A DNA stretch of 64,000 nucleotides. Source: Bdellovibrionota bacterium (lineage in GTDB: Bacteria > Bdellovibrionota_C > UBA2361 > CAKMMH01). Position numbers and translations under genes: made by a program. Of the stretch, positions 59,071-64,000 are shown one piece after another. Each line of letters opens with the position of its first letter. Within the stretch, counting starts at the first letter, position 1. The stretch is taken from contig JBMNLI010000012.1 in the NCBI GenBank assembly GCA_050952645.1, forward strand, positions 287,588 through 351,587, read 5' to 3'. The notes under the pieces are model-generated. The model ran no database searches. It was not told where the DNA came from and saw only the letters and a list, made by a program, of their open reading frames with translations.

Positions 59071-60375
59071 TTAATATCTATAAAACTTGGGCTTATAGGG
59101 GCCTTCTACGGGAACTCCAATGTAATCTGCTTGTTTTTTTGTAAGTTTAGTTAAATGAACTCCAAGTTTATCTAAGTGCAATCTTGCTACTTTTTCGTCT
59201 AAAATTTTTGGTAGCATATAGACGCCAACAGGGTATTTTCCTCTCTTAGTGTATAGTTCTATTTGAGCTAAAACTTGGTTAGTAAAAGATGCAGACATGA
59301 CAAAGCTAGGGTGCCCAGTTGCGCATCCTAAATTAACTAGTCTCCCTCTAGCAAGAACTACTACTGCTTTTCCACTTGGAAACACGAACTTATCTACTTG
59401 CGGTTTTATATTTATTTCTTTTATATTTTTATTAGTCTCTAAATAATGCATATCTATTTCATTATCGAAGTGTCCGATGTTGCATACTATCGCCTCATCT
59501 TTCATAACCTCAAAATGTTCTTTTCTTATAATCTTTGTATTTCCCGTTGCAGTAACGAAAATATTTGCTATAGGTGATGCCTCTTCCATAGTCACTACTT
59601 CGTAGCCTTCCATAGCGGCTTGAAGAGCGATTATAGGGTCAATCTCAGTAATAAGAACACGCGCCCCATAGCTTCTCATAGATTGAGCACAACCTTTCCC
59701 AACATCGCCATAGCCTGCAATACAAACCACTTTACCTGCAACCATAATATCTGTTGCTCTTTTTATTCCGTCTGCTAAAGATTCTCGACAACCATACAAG
59801 TTATCGAACTTTGACTTAGTAACCGAATCGTTTACATTAAATGCTGGAACTTTCAATTCGCCTTTTTCATGCATTTGGTATAGTCTATGCACCCCAGTTG
59901 TGGTTTCCTCAGAAATACCGTAAATATCTTTTAGAAGTTTTGGATATTTTTTATGAATCATAAGTGTAAGGTCGCCTCCATCATCTAAGATCATATTAGG
60001 ACCTTTTCCGTCTGAAAATATTAGCGTTTGTTCTATACACCAATCGTATTCTTCTAGCGTCTCTCCTTTCCAAGCAAAAATAGGAACTTTATTTTTAGCA
60101 AGCGCAGCGGCTGCGTGATCTTGAGTTGAGTATATATTGCAACTAGACCAGCGAACTTCTGCCCCAAGAGCTAGAAGAGTTTCTATAAGCACAGCAGTTT
60201 GAATTGTAGCATGGAGACAGCCTGCTATTTTAGCTCCTTTTAATGGTTTAAGTTTTCCATATTCCTTTCTTAAAGCCATAAGTCCTGGCATTTCTTTTTC
60301 TGCTATTATGATTTCTTTTCTTCCCCAATCGGCTAGAGCGATATCTTTAATTTTAAAATCTGTAAAATTACTCAT
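59071..60375 (-). CDS. ahcY: adenosylhomocysteinase
   Basis: Full-length AhcY similarity including the NAD-binding [10 protein letters not shown] motif. Confidence 0.9.
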   Translation of the reverse strand: MSNFTDFKIKDIALADWGRKEIIIAEKEMPGLMALRKEYGKLKPLKGAKIAGCLHATIQTAVLIETLLALGAEVRWSSCNIYSTQDHAAAALAKNKVPIFAWKGETLEEYDWCIEQTLIFSDGKGPNMILDDGGDLTLMIHKKYPKLLKDIYGISEETTTGVHRLYQMHEKGELKVPAFNVNDSVTKSKFDNLYGCRESLADGIKRATDIMVAGKVVCIAGYGDVGKGCAQSMRSYGARVLITEIDPIIALQAAMEGYEVVTMEEASPIANIFVTATGNTKIIRKEHFEVMKDEAIVCNIGHFDNEIDMHYLETNKNIKEINIKPQVDKFVFPSGKAVVVLARGRLVNLGCATGHPSFVMSASFTNQVLAQIELYTKRGKYPVGVYMLPKILDEKVARLHLDKLGVHLTKLTKKQADYIGVPVEGPYKPKFYRY

Positions 60376-60595
60376 ATTAAACCTTTCTTCCCTATAAAAA
60401 TTTAAATTATTTTAATTTGCTTTATTTAATTTTATCTTATTTAAATCTACCTTATTAAAATTTAATTGATACTAATACGTAAGTCGATTATATATAAAAT
60501 AAGAATTTTTAGCACTAATATATAAAAAACTAAACTAGAAACTTAATTTTATTTATTTTAAAGTTTTATTCTACTTCTTTATCTTATCTCTTATT

Positions 60596-62185
60596 TTATT
60601 TCTTATCTTCGTTTATTTTTTCGTTTATTTCTTCTTTCTCATGTTTTTCCTTTGTTTCTTTTTTTATTACATCTTCTTTCGTTTTATTTTCAATTTTGTA
60701 AATAAGATATCTACTATTTTTTCCTCTCTTAACTAGGATTAAAAAAGGCTTATCTTCTTTTAAATTATTTACTATCAGTTTTACATCGTTTAAAGTTTTA
60801 ACTTTTTTTCCTGCCATTTCTTTTATCAAATCACCTCTTTGAATTCCTGAGTCAAGGTAGGCTACATCTTCATCGATATCTACAACTAGCACCCCCTCAC
60901 CGTTATCATCTATTTGTAGGATATCGACAAGCTTTTTATTTATTTCTTTTAGCAAAAGACCTAAGGTATAATCCTCTTTTTTCGGCTCATTTTTCTTATC
61001 TTCTTTTGTAGCTTTTTCAAAATCAAACTTATCTATCTTTACAAGTTTTTTAATTATCACGCCATCTCTTATCAACTCTAGTTCATATTCTTTTCCTAAT
61101 GGCACTTCAGAAACTCTAAGTGATAGCTCTCCAAAATCGTTTATATCGTAATTATTAAATTTTATAATTACATCTCCTGCCCTTATACCTATTTTTTCAG
61201 CGACCGAACCTTTTAGGATATCTGCTACTAGTGCTCCTTTTATTTTAGGAAGATTTAAAGCCTCTTTTACTTCCTCATCGACTTGCTGGATAATTACACC
61301 TAATGCCCCTCTTTCTACTTTTCCTTGTTCTTTTAATTGGTTTATAATTTTTTTAACTCGATTTATAGGCGTAGAAAACCCGATCCCTATATTAAATCCA
61401 GCTCCACCAAACCTTGATGGACTAAAAATAGCAGTATTCACTCCTACGACTTGTCCTTTAGAATTTAAAAGTGGACCTCCGCTACTTCCAGGGTTTATTG
61501 AAGCATCTGTCTGTATGTAATTAGCAAATGGCGAAGCTTGTATTCCTTGCACTTGTCTTGAAACGGCAGAAACAATGCCTGCAGTTACGGTTTGTCCTAG
61601 TTGAAATTGGTTTCCAATAGCCACTACCCATTCTCCAACATTTAATTTATCAGAATCACCTAAATATAAAAAATTAAAGTCCTTTCTATCGCTCTTAATT
61701 TTCAGCAATGCTATATCTATTTGTGGGTCTTGCCCTAAAAGAGTAGCTTTATAAGGTGTTAAATCACCATCGAAACGAACGACTATATCTTCCATTTTAT
61801 CTACTACGTGGCTATTAGTTAAAACGTATCCATCTTTACTTATTATAAAGCCTGAACCTAGAGAGGTTATTTTTATTTCATTATCTTTTAGTTTTTTGCC
61901 TTTATCATCTTTTTTAGTCAATTTTCCAGAGATATTAACTACCGCTTTTTCAGATATTTTAGCAAGCATACTAAAATCTTGTCTTTTTCTTAATTTTTTA
62001 TATCTATTTTGCCGAGAATTTAGCCCTTGGTGTGTGCTTTCAGTAAAAATCTCATCTGCAAAGGCGCTATTTATATATAAATCATTAAAACTATATAAAT
62101 TAGCGACATTTAGAGCTAATAAGAAAATAACTACAAAGAAAACAGCAAAAAAGAAAAATAGCGATATTTTTGTTATGTATTTCAT
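60596..62185 (-). CDS. htrA: periplasmic serine endoprotease HtrA/DegP family with PDZ domains
   Basis: Catalytic triad context (TNSHVV ... DIALLK ... NPGSSGGPLLN) and two PDZ-like segments. Confidence 0.85.
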   Translation of the reverse strand: MKYITKISLFFFFAVFFVVIFLLALNVANLYSFNDLYINSAFADEIFTESTHQGLNSRQNRYKKLRKRQDFSMLAKISEKAVVNISGKLTKKDDKGKKLKDNEIKITSLGSGFIISKDGYVLTNSHVVDKMEDIVVRFDGDLTPYKATLLGQDPQIDIALLKIKSDRKDFNFLYLGDSDKLNVGEWVVAIGNQFQLGQTVTAGIVSAVSRQVQGIQASPFANYIQTDASINPGSSGGPLLNSKGQVVGVNTAIFSPSRFGGAGFNIGIGFSTPINRVKKIINQLKEQGKVERGALGVIIQQVDEEVKEALNLPKIKGALVADILKGSVAEKIGIRAGDVIIKFNNYDINDFGELSLRVSEVPLGKEYELELIRDGVIIKKLVKIDKFDFEKATKEDKKNEPKKEDYTLGLLLKEINKKLVDILQIDDNGEGVLVVDIDEDVAYLDSGIQRGDLIKEMAGKKVKTLNDVKLIVNNLKEDKPFLILVKRGKNSRYLIYKIENKTKEDVIKKETKEKHEKEEINEKINEDKK

Positions 62186-62410
62186 AAAATTTCCTAAAAA
62201 ACTTAAAAATCAAATGCTTATATGTTAATAATGTTTTTTATATTTGTAAACTTAAAAAGAAATATAATTGTTTTTTAGAAGCATTTTAGTAAAATAGTAA
62301 GAATATTAAATAAGCTTAAGTTTATAACAAAATTAAGCGATATTTAATATACAACACTGGAGTTAAGTTATCTTAACAAAAAAATGTTTTAATTTTTTAG
62401 GATTTTTAAT

Positions 62411-62809
62411 ATGTTAACGAATATAAAATCAATATATGAAAAATGCGGAAGATACCTAGGGGCGATGAAGGTAGCTCCTACTAAAAAGCAGATGCAAATC
62501 TGCCTTTTTATCTTTGGTATCGTTCTATTAACTACTGGATTAGGATTAGAAGCTATGGCTCAGGCAAGGGCATTAGGTGGCACTATTGATGCGAGCCGAA
62601 TAAATTCAGCTTCAGATGCGTTAATGATGGCTATTAGAGGACCTTTTGGAGCTTTAATAATGATTATCGCTGGACTTTTTGCGATAGTAATGGCCGCAAT
62701 GGGACAATATAAAATTGCTATGTCGCTCCTAGTTATCTCACTAGGGTCGTTTATCTTGCGTTCAATAATAATTACATTCTTTAACGCAGATAACCTAATT
62801 AACGTGTAA
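62411..62809 (+). CDS. small membrane protein with a long signal peptide ending AMAQA and two hydrophobic helices (VirB2/TrbC pilin-like architecture, tentative)
   Basis: Domain layout only; ~38% GC. No sequence signature confirmed. Confidence 0.3.
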   Translation: MLTNIKSIYEKCGRYLGAMKVAPTKKQMQICLFIFGIVLLTTGLGLEAMAQARALGGTIDASRINSASDALMMAIRGPFGALIMIIAGLFAIVMAAMGQYKIAMSLLVISLGSFILRSIIITFFNADNLINV

Positions 62810-62993
62810 AAAATTAATAATTTTTTTAAGAGCTGCATTTTATTTATTATTTAAATAGGATGCAGCTTTTTTTATCTTCTTTATTTTGCCCCTCTTTATC
62901 TTTGCTTAATACAAAAAAATAACATCTATTATAATTTAAAGGGGTTAATGTTTTTTTAATAAATTAAGTTTAACTTTGATTTAGGTTTTTAAA

Positions 62994-63911
62994 TTACTTT
63001 TCTAACATTTCTTCGACTTCTCCTTCTCTTTTAATTTCGATAATTTTTTTCATTCCATCTTTTCCAAGCTTTCCTAATAGTTCTTTAAATATTCCATTTA
63101 CTTTTATAAGTTTCTTAAGAGATGGAGAGAGAGATATTAAAAATTCGCTAAGTTCATTTTTCTTTTCTTCTAATTCGTCTTGATGACAAAAAAGGATTTG
63201 TAAAAGTAAAAGCGTTAAAAACATTCTAGTTTCGTAAATTCTTAATTTTAAAAGTTTTTGAAACGCTTTCTTTTTATTTAGCTTTCTAAATCGATTAAAT
63301 CTTTTCTTGTATAAAAGATTAAACACATCTTTTAAATTATTTTTGTCTATTTTTACATTTTCTCCTACTAATCTTTTTTTAATATCATCACTTAAATTTA
63401 TATTTAACTTATTAAACATTATTAGTAAATTTATAGTTTCAATCGTATTTCTTAAAATAAGCTTTCTATCAAACCCTATATCACTATTTCTAGTCCTTAA
63501 ATTTTTATTATTATTTTTTGTTTTAATCTTATTTATATACTTTATTAAACTTTCATTTTCTATTGAAACGTTAGAAAATATAGTTTCTATTAGTTTTATT
63601 TCATTATTTGTAAAATCGCTAATTACACTTTTACTAGAATTATCACTTAAGCTTTCACTTAGTAAATAATCGGCGCTATCAAGCCCTAAAGCGACGCTTT
63701 CTTTAATATTTTCGCTAGGGTTAATATTACTTAAATTATAATCTCTATTATTATCGCTTAAATGCGTCGTTAAGTTAAAGTTATTATCTATATTTTCAGT
63801 TAAATTATTAGTAGTAATATTATTAGTGTTAAAACTAGTGCTTTCATTTGGCGTAGCAAGAAAATCTTCAACTCTAACTTTGTTAGGAGCATTTAGTTTA
63901 TTTTGTATCAC
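62994..63911 (-). CDS. hypothetical Asn/Lys-rich protein (305 aa)
   Basis: Intact ORF. No domain recognised. Confidence 0.35.
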   Translation of the reverse strand: MIQNKLNAPNKVRVEDFLATPNESTSFNTNNITTNNLTENIDNNFNLTTHLSDNNRDYNLSNINPSENIKESVALGLDSADYLLSESLSDNSSKSVISDFTNNEIKLIETIFSNVSIENESLIKYINKIKTKNNNKNLRTRNSDIGFDRKLILRNTIETINLLIMFNKLNINLSDDIKKRLVGENVKIDKNNLKDVFNLLYKKRFNRFRKLNKKKAFQKLLKLRIYETRMFLTLLLLQILFCHQDELEEKKNELSEFLISLSPSLKKLIKVNGIFKELLGKLGKDGMKKIIEIKREGEVEEMLEK

Positions 63912-64000
63912 CCTTTCACCATTTAAATCTTTTCTAGTTTGAGTATTAGTTTTATCTTGATAGGAATATTTGCTATTGTATTTTTCTAATATTTCTAATT

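Noticed and set aside
1-64000. CRISPR arrays, rRNA genes, prophage or integrase genes
   Set aside because: No regularly spaced direct repeats with unique spacers. No 16S/23S/5S sequence. No phage structural, integrase or transposase ORFs were seen. The only mobile-element protein is the intron RT.

Overview
Low-GC bacterial chromosomal window. GC is roughly 27-30% by eye, with a few patches near 38%. The gene content resembles a spirochaete-like or other low-GC organism: a FlgL-like flagellin-family protein, many lipoprotein signal peptides, and a free-standing tRNA-Ile(GAU)/tRNA-Ala(UGC) pair with no rRNA genes nearby. Taxonomy cannot be settled from sequence alone.

Housekeeping genes recognised: CNNM/CorC-family transporter (5' partial), folD, ftsH, dut, pnp, rpsO, a 10-gene Mrp/Mnh antiporter cluster, cmoB, plsC, greA, ruvC, tatA, rsmI, ftsK, ahcY, htrA.

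Accessory content:
(i) 1.8-18.3 kb is dense in secreted alkaline-phosphatase-superfamily hydrolases (four paralogs, one frameshifted). It also holds an L,D-transpeptidase and two very large proteins of unknown function, 1205 aa (secreted) and 714 aa (no signal peptide).
(ii) A family of at least five MITE-like repeats with about 19-bp terminal inverted repeats (TTCTTCACGTTTTAAGGTG). One copy is split exactly by a group II intron at 21339-23236. An uninterrupted copy at 12524-12742 shows the empty target site.
(iii) A ~5 kb higher-GC island (26.3-31.4 kb) carries one secreted 521-aa protein and six to seven small same-strand genes. Each has its own hairpin terminator, and two terminators are copies of one motif with a compensatory base-pair change.
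(iv) A divergent E1 alpha/beta-like gene pair lacks the canonical thiamine-diphosphate motifs.
(v) An orphan sigma-70 region-4 protein and a zf-HC2 anti-sigma protein flank plsC.
(vi) An extremely acidic 169-aa protein sits behind a 16-bp inverted repeat that brackets its promoter.
(vii) Several short tandem repeats lie in 5' regions (pnp, dut, an EEP nuclease).

A ~7 kb stretch (18.1-25.1 kb) contains at least ten +1 frameshifts across ftsH, dut, pnp, a hydrolase gene and the intron-encoded protein. Most are single-base gains in homopolymers, which most likely means local sequencing error rather than true pseudogenes.

No rRNA genes, CRISPR arrays or prophage were seen.
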